From the sequence record NC_010583.1: a DNA stretch of 64,000 nt; one strand, 5' to 3'. Origin of the DNA: Escherichia phage Eps7. The notes under the pieces are model-generated. The model worked only from the letters and a program-made list of their open reading frames with translations. It was not told the DNA's origin and made no database searches. The translations under genes were made by a program, and so were the position numbers. Of this stretch, positions 45,737-56,918 are shown piece after piece (position 1 is the first letter of the stretch; every line of letters starts with the position of its first letter).

Positions 45737-46375
45737 TTACTCTACTTCGATGAAAGTAGAGGCGTTGGACTCAGACAGAACAAAGTCAACGTTAGTTGCA
45801 AAGTCCTGGTATTCTTCGTCGTGTTGCTTGATCAGCTTTTCTAGCTCCAGCGGATCGATCAGGAACGGAGTGTTCTTGAGTTCCAGCAGGTTAAGCTGCA
45901 TCTTAACTTCATCCTCGGAAGTCTTCTTGTCGCGGGTAGCCATGGTATCCTGCAGACGCTCATACTTGGCGTCAAACTGAGCCTTCTGAGTGTTAAACTT
46001 AACAGTAGCAGCATGGAACTGCTTACGCATGTTAGCCAGCAACTGAGCTTTGAGTTCCATAGAACGCTTAGCTTCGATTGCTTCCGCAACAGTCATAGAG
46101 CGAGAACCGATCTCTACAACAGTTTCAGCATTGCTCTTGATCAGCGCAGCTTTCAGCTGATCACGCTGGGACATCATATCCAGCAGAGACTGGAAATCAG
46201 TCTTAATACGAGTAGACAGAGCATCTACTTCGATTGCAGCGCCAACGACAACTTGGTTCTTGTCCTTACCTTCACCAACAGCGATCAAAAGCTGTTGTTC
46301 AGTAGCTTTACGGATTTTAGCTTCCAGAGACTTGATAGTTGCCAGAGCACGAGTTTTAGAGATACGAGTAGTCAT
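45737..46375 (-). CDS. coiled-coil hypothetical protein
   Basis: 212-aa ORF, G+C-richer than neighbours. Confidence 0.55.
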   Translation of the reverse strand: MTTRISKTRALATIKSLEAKIRKATEQQLLIAVGEGKDKNQVVVGAAIEVDALSTRIKTDFQSLLDMMSQRDQLKAALIKSNAETVVEIGSRSMTVAEAIEAKRSMELKAQLLANMRKQFHAATVKFNTQKAQFDAKYERLQDTMATRDKKTSEDEVKMQLNLLELKNTPFLIDPLELEKLIKQHDEEYQDFATNVDFVLSESNASTFIEVE

Positions 46376-46429
46376 TATTTGCTTCCTTATATGAAGTTTG
46401 AGATTTGAATTTGTTTTAAAAACGGTCTA

Positions 46430-46612
46430 TTACAGACCGATTGCCAGCATAGTGCGCAGAACAGTATCAGAACTGTTATCAATATTCGGATTGGCGCGAT
46501 TCAGCACGTTAAAGATTTTCTGGATGCCGGACTGACGCTCAGCCATACGACGCAGACCCAGGTTACGTTTTGCTACTTTACCATTTTTACGGACGTTTTT
46601 AGATACTGGCAT
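46430..46612 (-). CDS. small basic protein
   Basis: 60-aa ORF. Confidence 0.4.
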   Translation of the reverse strand: MPVSKNVRKNGKVAKRNLGLRRMAERQSGIQKIFNVLNRANPNIDNSSDTVLRTMLAIGL

Positions 46613-47385
46613 AATTATTTTCCTTTTGTTGTTCTCTCAAATTTATGAATATATTATACAGAATTTGGAGCTGAAAGCAAATCAAATTTTGATTTTTTTC
46701 GATCATGATGGCTACACAATAACTTTCAACTAAAGCATCGAATGCGGGATCATGTTTCACTGGATAGATTCCATAACGAATGGTATCCATCTTTTCCATT
46801 TTAGCTTTTGCCCAGCTAGCACCTTCGGCTTCTAGATCTTTATAGCTATAACCAGCTTGCATCCACTGATTACGGAAAGATCGAACGTTACCTAAGTTCC
46901 AGAATTTCCACGGAACTATTTCTTCATGGGTTCCGGCATGGAACGTATTTGCAGAGTAGATTGTCATATCAAACTCTGGGCCATTGCCGTAATACAGAGC
47001 ATTATCTCCTAGAGACAATTCCATAATGTTCTGAGCCATAGAGAAGGCAGCATAATTAGAGCCTACGTCATTAGTGCAGTGATGCTTACCATCACGGAAG
47101 GCAATCAGTTTAGGATTACGACCATTTAGAGCCTCCATAATATGGAGCGCAGATGGACTGTTTTTTAGCTTGATCCATCCAGAATGCAATAGTAGAGGCA
47201 GTTACCTTAGCACCCGCATTAAGCTGATCTTGAACGTCTAGAGTAACGAATACCAGATCAGGATCTTTATCAATTCCGTGCATCGCTACAAAAGCGAAAG
47301 AAGGCATTGCAATATGAGTAGTACCGCAATTTCCTGGAGTACCTAGAGATTCAATGTCCAGCATACCAAAGGGCTTGAATTTCAT
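46599..47385 (-). CDS. putative exonuclease-like protein, frame interrupted
   Basis: ORFs 47116..47385 (MLDIESLG acidic motif) and 46599..47189 overlap; 3' end of downstream piece runs into promoter. Confidence 0.4.
46653..46680 (-). promoter_or_regulatory. sigma70-type early promoter
   Basis: ATTATA 46653-46658, AAGCAA 46675-46680, 16-bp spacer. Confidence 0.55.
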
Positions 47386-47415
47386 AATTATGTCCTTTAT
47401 TGTTGTAGAAAACTA

Positions 47416-47628
47416 TTAAAGAGCTGTCTCTTTAATAGACTCCCACTGTTTGGGGTCTTTCAGAGGAAGTTCCTCTTCTTCAAACAGGTCTGTTCCATTT
47501 TCACTAACATCCCAGTTTTCTTCCATGATTTCTTCTAGAAGCTCATGTTTAGAAAGACGAGTGTAGTCTCTAGCAGACTTGTGAGTGCTAGCACGGTTAA
47601 AATCATTCTTTGCAACGAAGTTACGCAT
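47416..47628 (-). CDS. hypothetical protein
   Basis: 70-aa ORF. Confidence 0.45.
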   Translation of the reverse strand: MRNFVAKNDFNRASTHKSARDYTRLSKHELLEEIMEENWDVSENGTDLFEEEELPLKDPKQWESIKETAL

Positions 47629-47669
47629 AGTTTCTCCAAATAAGAGGGGCTTTCGCCCCCTGATTTAAA

Positions 47670-47885
47670 TTACTTGCCCAGCAGTTTAAGGATATTTTCC
47701 TTAATAGTTTGAGCAGATTTTTCACTCTTATTGGTTTCAGCCAGTTTCAGAGCGAGTTCTTCCTGCTGTTTCTGAATATCAGCAGCAGTTTTCTGGTCAG
47801 CTTCAATACGAGCTTGAAGTTCATCAGTAATAGTGGTAAAGGAAGCAACGATTTCAGTAACGGAACGTGGTTTCTTAGAGAACAT
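47670..47885 (-). CDS. coiled-coil small protein
   Basis: 71-aa ORF. Confidence 0.45.
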   Translation of the reverse strand: MFSKKPRSVTEIVASFTTITDELQARIEADQKTAADIQKQQEELALKLAETNKSEKSAQTIKENILKLLGK

Positions 47886-47946
47886 AAAAATATCCTTAAT
47901 TAGTCAGAGAAAGAGTTAGTATATGGGGCTTTCGCCCCATCAATCA

Positions 47947-48462
47947 TTACTTCGCTTTACGCTTACGAGTAGGTTTAGCGGATTTACGATCAGAAGCACC
48001 AGTAAACTTAATACCGATACCGTAGCACAGAGCGCGAACGTTGTCACGGCTATACTCTACACCGAAAATATTCGGTTTAACGGAGCCAAACTGTCCACGG
48101 GATTCACGCATTACGTCAGCCATTGGCTTACGCTTCTGATTGACTGCTTTTTCGTAGTCTTTCAGAGCCATACCGTTGCGGGCGAACATCTCAGCACCGC
48201 CGTTAAAGCTCAGAGTTACCGGTACAGACTTATGACCTTCACCCTTGATGAACACAACCTGCTTAGCAGTTGCGCGAGTAGAGTTCTTGGCCTTCGGCTT
48301 CTGGCGAACCGGAGCCGCAGACTTCAGGGCAGTCTGAGCCTGAGCATCAGTAGGATGCTTACGCAGATGACGTTCCAGACGAGCCTTACGATTGGCTTCG
48401 GTCTGAGCGAAAGTTTTAACTGCCGGAGCTGCCTGAGTTTTTGCGTTTTTCTGCTTAGCCAT
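47947..48462 (-). CDS. basic (Lys/Ala-rich) protein, possible nucleic-acid binding
   Basis: 171-aa ORF. Confidence 0.55.
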   Translation of the reverse strand: MAKQKNAKTQAAPAVKTFAQTEANRKARLERHLRKHPTDAQAQTALKSAAPVRQKPKAKNSTRATAKQVVFIKGEGHKSVPVTLSFNGGAEMFARNGMALKDYEKAVNQKRKPMADVMRESRGQFGSVKPNIFGVEYSRDNVRALCYGIGIKFTGASDRKSAKPTRKRKAK

Positions 48463-48500
48463 TATTTGTTTTCCTTTTTGTTGATCAATTTATGAGATAT

Positions 48501-48529
48501 ATTATACGAAATTTTGAAGCGTTTAGCAA
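48501..48529 (-). promoter_or_regulatory. sigma70-type early promoter
   Basis: ATTATA 48501-48506, TAGCAA 48524-48529, 17-bp spacer. Confidence 0.6.
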
Positions 48530-48545
48530 ATGAATTTTTTAAAAA

Positions 48546-48824
48546 TTATCTGCCGATCATCTTAGCTTGTTCCTCACTGGAAACGTACTGATAACCACCC
48601 TTATTGTATGCAGGAGCAGTACACAGTTTCTTACGCTCAATTTCTTCTTGAGCCTTGCGTTCCCTTTCGGCTAACTCTTCATCTAGGTAAATTAGACGTT
48701 GCTCCGGAGGTGGTGGAAGCCTAGTTTCTGGCTCACCAATATTTGCCTTTCTGATCTGACGCGGAGATTGTGCGCGTTTTCTCAAAGGTTTAAATCCTAA
48801 TGAATTTGAGTTGTAAATTCGCAT
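48546..48824 (-). CDS. hypothetical protein
   Basis: 92-aa ORF. Confidence 0.5.
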   Translation of the reverse strand: MRIYNSNSLGFKPLRKRAQSPRQIRKANIGEPETRLPPPPEQRLIYLDEELAERERKAQEEIERKKLCTAPAYNKGGYQYVSSEEQAKMIGR

Positions 48825-48851
48825 AAAGCCCTCCTCACTTTCAATACGAAT

Positions 48852-48880
48852 ATTATACTAAATTAGAGGGCTTTAAGCAA
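48852..48880 (-). promoter_or_regulatory. sigma70-type early promoter
   Basis: ATTATA 48852-48857, AAGCAA 48875-48880, 17-bp spacer. Confidence 0.6.
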
Positions 48881-48900
48881 GTGAATTTTTAATTTATTTA

Positions 48901-49389
48901 TTACATCTCAGCAAGTTCTTGCTCAGTAATTACAGTATTGCATAGAGCATCAACTTCTTCATTACCACGAATACCTGAGTGACCTTTAACCTTAACAAAG
49001 GTTGGATTGGTATCATGGAAGTTAATATACTGTTGAGTTAGTTTAAATGCTTCTTGCCAGAGTTCTAGATTAAGAGGAGTTTCACCATCTCCCTTCTTCC
49101 AGCCTTTCTTCTGCCAAGACCACATCCAGCTTTCCATACCATTTTTGCAGTAAGCAGAATCAGTGTAGATAATTACTGGACGATTATCTTTCTTAGTAGA
49201 CCAACGAAGAACTTCTACAATTGCAGTAAGTTCCATTTCGTTATTAGTAGTTTTAGGGCTGAAGCCAGATTTAGAGCCAATACGATCATCATTATCATTA
49301 TAGACAACGAATCCCCACGCACCTAAACCAGGATTGCCTTTACATGCACCATCTGTATATATGTGGAAAACCGACATTATTTGCTCCAA
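48901..49389 (-). CDS. rnhA: ribonuclease HI
   Basis: 162-aa ORF with YTDGAC.GNPG, TNN.MEL, DS.Y and HSG..GNE.VD motifs. Confidence 0.8.
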   Translation of the reverse strand: MEQIMSVFHIYTDGACKGNPGLGAWGFVVYNDNDDRIGSKSGFSPKTTNNEMELTAIVEVLRWSTKKDNRPVIIYTDSAYCKNGMESWMWSWQKKGWKKGDGETPLNLELWQEAFKLTQQYINFHDTNPTFVKVKGHSGIRGNEEVDALCNTVITEQELAEM

Positions 49390-49646
49390 TCAATTTCAAG
49401 CCAAAAACCTTCACGCTGTTCATACTTAGCTTCTACAACATAACCTAGTTTGCTAAGTTTTTGCATGACGCTATTTCTAGCGTTTTCTGAGTATTCAGTT
49501 AATCCCTGGATGTGACAGTTAAATTCTTTATCTTTAATAGCTTTGTCAATCTCTACGGCAATAAGTGATTCTAGGTCAATTACTTCCTTTTTAATGCTAG
49601 CAATAGTATTTTGTTTTGCTTCTAAAGCAGATAAAAGAATAGACAT
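49377..49646 (-). CDS. hypothetical protein
   Basis: 89-aa ORF. Confidence 0.5.
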   Translation of the reverse strand: MSILLSALEAKQNTIASIKKEVIDLESLIAVEIDKAIKDKEFNCHIQGLTEYSENARNSVMQKLSKLGYVVEAKYEQREGFWLEIDWSK

Positions 49647-49648
49647 AT

Positions 49649-50227
49649 TTATTCTCCAATTACTAAAACATCATGTTGGGAAGATACACCACACATATAA
49701 TCTGCACAATGCGTAAAAGCCAGATCAATGATTTCAAATATATCATCTACATCTAAATCTGTGGCTCGACAATCCGCAATAGCTAAACCTGTACGAATAC
49801 TGGAAAGTACATCTTCTCCTCCACAGCCTACACCGGCATATTCAACTTCTAGAATAGAAGCATTAGATTGGAAAATAAAGATTCTTCCTTTGTAGAGCAT
49901 AATAAATTGTCCCAGATTAGGTTCAGCATATTTTTCATTTTTCTTTTCGCCAAAATCTTTCTGGTTAAACATATCACGTAATTTAGGTACTATTTCCGTA
50001 TATAAATATTTATCATCGGAAATATCTGCTAAACGTGGTGGTACAGTAAAGCTATGCTCTAGTAATTGTCCCATGTAGAAGGAACTAGTGTATCCGAAGT
50101 ACAAATCATCAGAGATTTTGAATACTTTCGGATTTTTAACCAGCAGTTTCGTATAGCCATTAGAACCCATACGATCACCAGCTAAGTATACTTTATCTTT
50201 ATATTTAAATGCTACTATGGCTGTCAT
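49649..50227 (-). CDS. Ntn-hydrolase (HslV/proteasome-like) family protein candidate
   Basis: 192-aa ORF starting MTAIVAFKYKDKVYLAGDRMGSNG, resembling HslV N-terminus. Confidence 0.45.
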   Translation of the reverse strand: MTAIVAFKYKDKVYLAGDRMGSNGYTKLLVKNPKVFKISDDLYFGYTSSFYMGQLLEHSFTVPPRLADISDDKYLYTEIVPKLRDMFNQKDFGEKKNEKYAEPNLGQFIMLYKGRIFIFQSNASILEVEYAGVGCGGEDVLSSIRTGLAIADCRATDLDVDDIFEIIDLAFTHCADYMCGVSSQHDVLVIGE

Positions 50228-50257
50228 TATTAAATCCTTCTGTCAAATTAGAAGTAT

Positions 50258-50286
50258 ATTATATTTGAATTTCACTCAGTAAGCAA
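50258..50286 (-). promoter_or_regulatory. sigma70-type early promoter
   Basis: ATTATA 50258-50263, AAGCAA 50281-50286, 17-bp spacer. Confidence 0.6.
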
Positions 50287-50325
50287 ATGAAATTTAAATA
50301 TAATAGCCCCGAAGGGCTATTTGAA

Positions 50326-50679
50326 TTAGATTATAATCAAGATTATTAGGGCGTATGTCAGATAATGCAGTAACTGATCAAATCCTAAAGCTATCCAAAA
50401 CTTAGCATCGCTTATAGCATATTTACAGCGTTGTGCTTTCCAATAATCTATAATAAAGTGTAGAATTAATTCCATAATAGCTAAAGCTATAGACATTCCT
50501 GGTGATGTGAATAGGATTAGAATTGCAAATGTTAATCCAGCATGTACTAGCGAATGGGTTAATAATGGAAGTTTCCACCCTATTTTATGCGTCTTTCTTA
50601 GCATATATGGTGTTTGGAGTGGATAATCGGCCATAAAATGTTTTAGAAAGAATATGACAAATAATAGTATAATTAACAT
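50326..50679 (-). CDS. multi-pass membrane protein
   Basis: 117-aa hydrophobic ORF. Confidence 0.45.
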   Translation of the reverse strand: MLIILLFVIFFLKHFMADYPLQTPYMLRKTHKIGWKLPLLTHSLVHAGLTFAILILFTSPGMSIALAIMELILHFIIDYWKAQRCKYAISDAKFWIALGFDQLLHYLTYALIILIII

Positions 50680-50682
50680 ATG

Positions 50683-51537
50683 TTACACCGTAAATGGATA
50701 TGCAATAGCAGGATGGTGTTCATAGCCACGAACAGTAAAATCATCCTTACTTACCCACGTTAATACATCATCCAAAGTTCTAATATTTGGATTGATTTCT
50801 AAAGTAGGAGGTGCAAAAGGTTCACGATCGAATTGCTTGTGCTCCATCAGAACATTATACTGATCTTCATAGATATGAAGATTAATAATCTTTTGACGAG
50901 CAATACCTGGCTTAAGACCTGTAATCTGTGCCATAATAGCTAGAAGTGCATAGCATTGCACCATATTAAATACTTGGCCCAGCAAGAAATCATTAGACCT
51001 CTGGAAAGAGTTTAGGTATAGTGTATCACCTAAAATAGAGAATTGATGGGTATGCATACACGGACGTAGGCATCCTTTACGAAATTCCCCACGGGTTCCA
51101 AAAGTTAAAATTTCTCCACGATCGTCAATCCCTCTTTTCAAATTATGATAGACTTTGGCTAACTGATCAAATACCATACCATCAGAATTAGTCCAATGAC
51201 GTCCTTGAACACCATAGACTCGTCCCATATCATCCTCGCCTTTACGGAATGGATTACCTAGCCAGGCAATATTTTCATTTGCATTAGCATTCCATGTATT
51301 AACACCAATAGCGCGGAATTGTGCTGCTGAGTCGTACCCACGGAGATATCCGATCATTTCCATTATTGCTTGTTTAGCAAATGCTTTACGAGTAGTTACT
51401 AGCGGCAGTTCTCCTGCTCCTACGTTAAAGGTAAAGTCTGCATCAATAATGGTTAGGCAACGAACCCCTGTTCTAGGATTCGTTACCCATACACCCTCTT
51501 CAAGAATACGTTTTCCAGTTTCAATATATTGCTTCAT
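50683..51537 (-). CDS. thyA: thymidylate synthase
   Basis: 284-aa ORF with catalytic-Cys region [10 protein letters not shown]; adjacent to DHFR and RNR genes. Confidence 0.8.
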   Translation of the reverse strand: MKQYIETGKRILEEGVWVTNPRTGVRCLTIIDADFTFNVGAGELPLVTTRKAFAKQAIMEMIGYLRGYDSAAQFRAIGVNTWNANANENIAWLGNPFRKGEDDMGRVYGVQGRHWTNSDGMVFDQLAKVYHNLKRGIDDRGEILTFGTRGEFRKGCLRPCMHTHQFSILGDTLYLNSFQRSNDFLLGQVFNMVQCYALLAIMAQITGLKPGIARQKIINLHIYEDQYNVLMEHKQFDREPFAPPTLEINPNIRTLDDVLTWVSKDDFTVRGYEHHPAIAYPFTV

Positions 51538-52062
51538 TTAAATATCACCAATTCTTGTAAGAATGAAAGCGTTTTATCTGCATTCTGTCCTGCCACATAG
51601 TCCATTCTAGTTGCCATTGAATTATAAGTAATATGATGATGCAGATGTACATCAGCAGATAATGGTGTGGCTGAAGTAATAGTAGAGATATACGCCATAT
51701 CTAGATGATTTTTTGACATACATTTCAAGAAGCAGAGTTGCTCCCCCTAATACTACAGTTACCTCTTCCTTGAGAAAATCAGGCAGACGGTATCCAATGT
51801 TGCTTATGCGTGTAGCTGATCTTATAGAGTTCGGTAGTGGTCTATTTGCATAAATAAATAGGTCAGAATCTCCTAGTATTCTTTTTTGCAGAGTCTCAGG
51901 GAATGCTAACCAAGTTCCTGCTCCTACAATAATATTGTCAGGTGCCAGAGAATCCAATGTAGCATAGAAGATATCTAGTTCTTCTTTGAAAGAACCCCAG
52001 GGGAGCTTACCATTGAGGCCGAACTCCCCATTCGGCCCAGTTGCATAGATTGCTGCTATCAT
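51534..52062 (-). CDS. dihydrofolate reductase, frame interrupted near 51700
   Basis: N-terminal MIAAI...GKLPW DHFR motif; two overlapping frames 51652..52062 and 51534..51728. Confidence 0.6.
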
Positions 52063-53207
52063 TAGAACATATCCTCAAATTCGTTGCCAAGATCTTTCAG
52101 AGTATCAGCAGATGTTTCTGTTACTTGACCTACACGATACGCTGCGCCAATCTGAATCTCTTGCGGAGCAGGTTGTAAAGATGTAGTATCCAACCAGTTC
52201 ATAATCCACGGAATAGGGTTCTTAGTAATTACAGGTAAGTGGCTTGGCCATTCTACACCAATGTGCATAAATGCGTTACGTCCTACAAAGTAAAGGTATT
52301 CTTCAAGCAGTTCTGCGTTCAAACCAATCAGACTGCGGCCTTTAAAGATAAAGTGGCCCCATTCAATCTCAGTTTTCAGAGTTTTTAGGAGTTGTGTTGG
52401 TGCTTTAGCTAATGCTTCATCTACCAGATCTTTATCAAATTGCTGGAACATAATCTGGATGATAGCTTTAGACATTTGAGTATGTAGAGCTTCATCTTTA
52501 GCGATTAATTGCAGGTTCTTAGCAATACCTTGCAGAATATCGTTCTCTGCTAGAGCAAAGGTACATGCAAAGGATGCGTAGAACTGCATTGCTTCCAGAC
52601 CGTAGATTGCAAAGTAAGCATCTAACAGCTTAGCCTGAGTTTCACGTTTAACTTCAGGGAACTCAGTTTCTGGATAAGTATTATCACCACGATGATCACG
52701 TACTGCAAGGAAATACTGACCTAACAGATACAATTCATCAAACAGTTCAACAGAATCTGCGATACGTGCAAATGCTTCTTGGTTTTTAGTTACAGAATCA
52801 ATAAATTCTGCTGGATCAGTCAGAACGTTACGAATAATATTACTATACGCACGGCTGTGCAGATCTTCGAAGTAGCTCCACTGCTTGAGCATACCCTCCA
52901 ATTCAGGACGGCTTACAAGCGGCATAATAGCTGCTTCAGGAGCACGGCTAATGAAAGAATCTGTTTGGGTCTGCCATGCTAAGTTCAGGAGAGTAATTTC
53001 CTGAATATCACGCGGAAGGTTTGGCCATTGTTTCTTATCGGCTTCCAGACTGATTTCAGTTTCAGTCCAAAATTGAGAACGTTGCAGAAGTGCTAGACGC
53101 TCAAGTTCAGGATGTGCTACACGAACGTAATCTGCGATACCAAGAGAATCGCCCAGGAAAAGGTCAGCGTTAGTATGATCCCAATTCAGGTTTAGTAAAG
53201 TAGTCAT
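52062..53207 (-). CDS. nrdB: ribonucleotide reductase small subunit
   Basis: 381-aa ORF with ferritin-like DEALH region; sits between DHFR and nrdA. Confidence 0.75.
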   Translation of the reverse strand: MTTLLNLNWDHTNADLFLGDSLGIADYVRVAHPELERLALLQRSQFWTETEISLEADKKQWPNLPRDIQEITLLNLAWQTQTDSFISRAPEAAIMPLVSRPELEGMLKQWSYFEDLHSRAYSNIIRNVLTDPAEFIDSVTKNQEAFARIADSVELFDELYLLGQYFLAVRDHRGDNTYPETEFPEVKRETQAKLLDAYFAIYGLEAMQFYASFACTFALAENDILQGIAKNLQLIAKDEALHTQMSKAIIQIMFQQFDKDLVDEALAKAPTQLLKTLKTEIEWGHFIFKGRSLIGLNAELLEEYLYFVGRNAFMHIGVEWPSHLPVITKNPIPWIMNWLDTTSLQPAPQEIQIGAAYRVGQVTETSADTLKDLGNEFEDMF

Positions 53208-53238
53208 TGATTTTCCTCTTTCTCACTATTTCAGGAAT

Positions 53239-53267
53239 ATTATAGCAAATCTGGTAGCGATTAGCAA
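53239..53267 (-). promoter_or_regulatory. sigma70-type early promoter upstream of nrdB
   Basis: ATTATA 53239-53244, TAGCAA 53262-53267, 17-bp spacer. Confidence 0.6.
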
Positions 53268-53273
53268 GTAAAA

Positions 53274-53756
53274 TTATAAACTATCAAGCTCCAATAGTTT
53301 AGCATCGCGCCATTCTATAGCATCCTCTAATTCTTTAAATGTTTTAGTATGTTTTACACCTTTCCTAGCTATTTGGACTTGATAAGATCCACTTGCTTTT
53401 TGGTGTATATTTTTAATACCTAACTTATTGTCCTTATGTGCTCCAACGTTCTTTCCATTACTAAATCTGTTAGAGGCTAGTAAATTAATTGCTCTATTAT
53501 CATGACGTATTCTATTATCATGATCTACTTCTTTTGGGATGTACCCATGCGTAATATAGAATGCTAGGATATGTGCGTAGTATTTTGTACCTCTTACCTG
53601 CATTACTATGTATCCTGAGCATTTTTCCAAAGAGCCTGCCTCTTTGCCTGCAAACTTAGTATTAAATGATTTATCTTCTCTAGGTTTGTGGGTAAAGATT
53701 CCGGTTTCTGGATTATAGTCAAATAACTCAGCTATTTCTTTGTATTTTTCTTCCAT
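53274..53756 (-). CDS. HNH homing endonuclease
   Basis: 160-aa ORF with HNH motif EVDHDNRIRHDNRAINL; located between nrdA and nrdB. Confidence 0.7.
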   Translation of the reverse strand: MEEKYKEIAELFDYNPETGIFTHKPREDKSFNTKFAGKEAGSLEKCSGYIVMQVRGTKYYAHILAFYITHGYIPKEVDHDNRIRHDNRAINLLASNRFSNGKNVGAHKDNKLGIKNIHQKASGSYQVQIARKGVKHTKTFKELEDAIEWRDAKLLELDSL

Positions 53757-53811
53757 AATCTAAAATTACAGCCATTATAGGCCTAATAAAGGGGCTTTCG
53801 CCCCTTATTTA

Positions 53812-56204
53812 TTATAATTGACAACCACCAGATGCGCATCCAGCAGCAGCTTCCTCTCCTGCACCTCCACCATTTTCAGTGTTGAAGTTTGCATAATAAA
53901 AGGTTTTCCAACCGTACTTAACAGCAGTCATAAAGTCACGAACTACTACTGGGCCGGGAATGATTTCATTCTCGAACTTGGTGTAGTCATAGTACATATT
54001 CGTACTGATAGACTGGCTGAAGAATTTCTGCATGGTTGCTACCCATTTGATCCACTCGATACGATCTACATCATAAGCCAGTTTATAGCTCATTAATGTA
54101 TCCCAATCAGTTGCACCTGGAGCAATTGCAATTACTTTATTAACTGCACTACCCTTGATAGATACGATCTTACGGGGCGGTTCGATAGAGTTAGTAACAC
54201 CTAGCAGTACAGAGGAACTTTCACCTGGCATCTGAGCAGTCAGAACAGAGTTGCGCATACCATATTTCAGAATATCTGCACGCAGAGATTCCCAATCCAT
54301 TTCTAGACCTACAGTTACCAGTTCATCAACAGTTTTCTTGTACGTGTCGATTACCAGAGTTCCTTGCGAAGGCTTAGTACGATTAAACCAGTCACATGCA
54401 CCTTGTTCTTTAGCCAGACGTACAGAGGCTTTATGTAGGAAGTAGGACAGCTTTTCAGCTTCACGGTGAATCCAGTTACGTGCTTCAACACCTTCGTAAG
54501 CCAAACCTTCTGCTGCCATTGCACCTGCTGCGTTCATCAGACCAATACCAACGTTACGACGTTTCTTAGCCGTGTACTTCCATAGTTGGGAATGGGTAAT
54601 CCTGAATCTCGATGATTGTATCAACGAATTTCAGAAGGATGTAGCAAGTTTTCTCCCATTCAGCCAGAGATTCCATGCGGCCTAGTACAACACCACCTAA
54701 GTTACACAGAGATACTTCACCAATATCTTCTGGACGCATATCGTCTAACTGATCTTGGGTTTTATACAGTTCCGTAACGTGATGGAATGGACGGGTGGCT
54801 GAGTAATTCAACACAAAAGGGTTGGTCATACGAATCGGGTCAAGGAAGTTACCATGACGGTTAGATTCACCAATGTGATGAGCATACATACGCCCTGTTT
54901 CCATACGGATACGTAACCAAGTATCTAGGATTTCTTTTGCAGAGATTCTAGGAGCTGCTGGAATTGTTTTTCCTTCGTGGTCGATCTTTGTAAGAGAAGC
55001 CACACGTTTCTCCGCTGCCACGTAGATTTCTTCAAACTTAGCCTCATCTTCACCATAAAACGCTTCATGAACTTCTGGTGCGTAGAAGTAGGACATTAGC
55101 GTAATATCTTCGTTTTTCAGGTAACGTTTTAACAGAAGGTTGTTAAAGCTCAGAGAATAATCCATCTTATCGATTTTATTCTCGTCTGTAGCACGTTGCT
55201 GCTTAACCTGCATCAACTGAATGATTTCAGGATCGAAGTATGGATAAGACACAGTAGCAGAACCGCCACGGGTTTGCTGAGTGTTAGCTTTTACTGATCG
55301 GTCAATGTGTCGATAATATGGCAGTTTTCCGGAATGCGGGAATGCCCCATTTCGCACCGGATCAGCAATTGATCGGCTTTCAAGATGATACCCGATTCCC
55401 GCTCTGGCTGCGACCATTTTGAAGACGATGTGCTCGGCTGTGTCGATTGAATCCAGCGTGTCAGTGGAATCCACGAGACAGCAACTAGCAAATCCACGGT
55501 CACTAGAGCGCAGGCCAACCAGTGGCGGCGTAGGAACGTTGATTTTGTGGAGCGACATTGCATTGTAGAGGTCGATTGCATCTAGGATTGTCCAGTTAGG
55601 TTGAGATAACATCGCCATTGCCATACCCATGTAGGCAAACTGCGGGGTTTCATAAATTTCACCAGTTGCAATATTACGACGAGAATACTTGTCGAAGAAC
55701 TGTTTCAGTCCACCACTGGTGAATAAACGATCGCGATCATGATCAATAACTTGGTTCAGAGCGTCAAACTGATCATCGCTAATCCATGCACTCATGTCTT
55801 CCCAGCGCCAACACGAACCATATGATCGTGGAAGAAACGCAGAGAAGGGGTTCAAAGGAATCATATAGGCGTTTACGCATCTGCGCAAGACGTAATTCCT
55901 TTGCTACAGTATCATATGCTGGGTTGTCTTTGATAAGACCTTCAGCGGCTTTAATTAACACATCTTGGAGGGTATCGGAATCTACAACACCTTTTGGTAG
56001 ATTTTTCTGGGCAGACATAACGACGGCAGACCAACTTACGTCAGTTGCTTTACATGCCCATGCAGCCCAATCATTGAGTTTTTCAGGAGCAAAGTCCTGA
56101 ACAGTACCGTCACGTTTAATTACTTTTTCAATACTATGGCTCATTGGGGTTTCCTTTTTGTAGTTATCAGGATTTAGGAAATATTCTACTTTGTTTTGGG
56201 TCAT
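53812..56204 (-). CDS. nrdA: ribonucleotide reductase large subunit, frame interrupted twice
   Basis: three consecutive ORFs (55779..56204 with ATP-cone VIKRDGT, 54566..55888, 53812..54624 ending in Cys-rich tail); breaks near 55800-55880 and 54570-54620. Confidence 0.75.
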
Positions 56205-56267
56205 TATGCAAGTACAATTTTACAGATAAAAAGAGCCCGGATATTTTCATACCCAGGCTCGTCTGTC

Positions 56268-56510
56268 TTACCATTTAAGTTTATCGGTTATATCAATTAG
56301 CTTCTGTTGTATTTCTCGGTTGAAGAGAATATCTACAGAAGTACTTAGTTCATTATAGTTGAAAGGCCGATTTGGATTAGAGGCTACAATTTTCCACGCT
56401 AGGGTAGTCTTAGGACTTTCTTCCCCTTCCTTACGTGTAATCATGTTAGCAGCACTCAGTGAAGTACGGTGGATCTTAGTTTTGCGGTGCAGATGTACGA
56501 CGTTTCCCAT
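56268..56510 (-). CDS. hypothetical protein
   Basis: 80-aa ORF. Confidence 0.45.
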   Translation of the reverse strand: MGNVVHLHRKTKIHRTSLSAANMITRKEGEESPKTTLAWKIVASNPNRPFNYNELSTSVDILFNREIQQKLIDITDKLKW

Positions 56511-56511
56511 A

Positions 56512-56845
56512 TTACACCTTCCCCATATCCTTAAAGATATCGTAGAATGCTTTAGACTCCGGTGAGCGAACGTTGTCGATCAGTTCGATCATAGAGAAAG
56601 GAGAGTTTTCGTACTTCTCATAGACTTCCATAAGAAGTGCTAGACCTGAATCACCCTTGATGTCTTTCTGAGCTATATCCCCACAGATAATTAAACGACA
56701 ATCTTGTCCTACACGAGTCAGGAGACAGATCATTGCTTCAACGGAGATATTCTGAGCTTCATCGACAATTACATAGGAGTTGTTGAATGTTGCCACGCTT
56801 TCTTGAACCATTGCGGTTCTCTCTTTTTTGACGTGCTTTTCCCAT
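56512..56845 (-). CDS. PhoH-like P-loop ATPase fragment (Walker B only)
   Basis: VIVDEAQN and CGDIAQKD motifs; probable start MGKARQKRE upstream with frame shift at an A6 run. Confidence 0.45.
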
Positions 56846-56918
56846 AAATAACACTCCTATAGTGTACTTCGCTAACAGAGGATCAACAAAAAGATCTTGT
56901 TTATCAACTTACAAATAT

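Noticed and set aside
47923-48495. Plus-strand ORF (190 aa)
   Set aside because: Antisense to a better-supported minus-strand gene with promoter and RBS.
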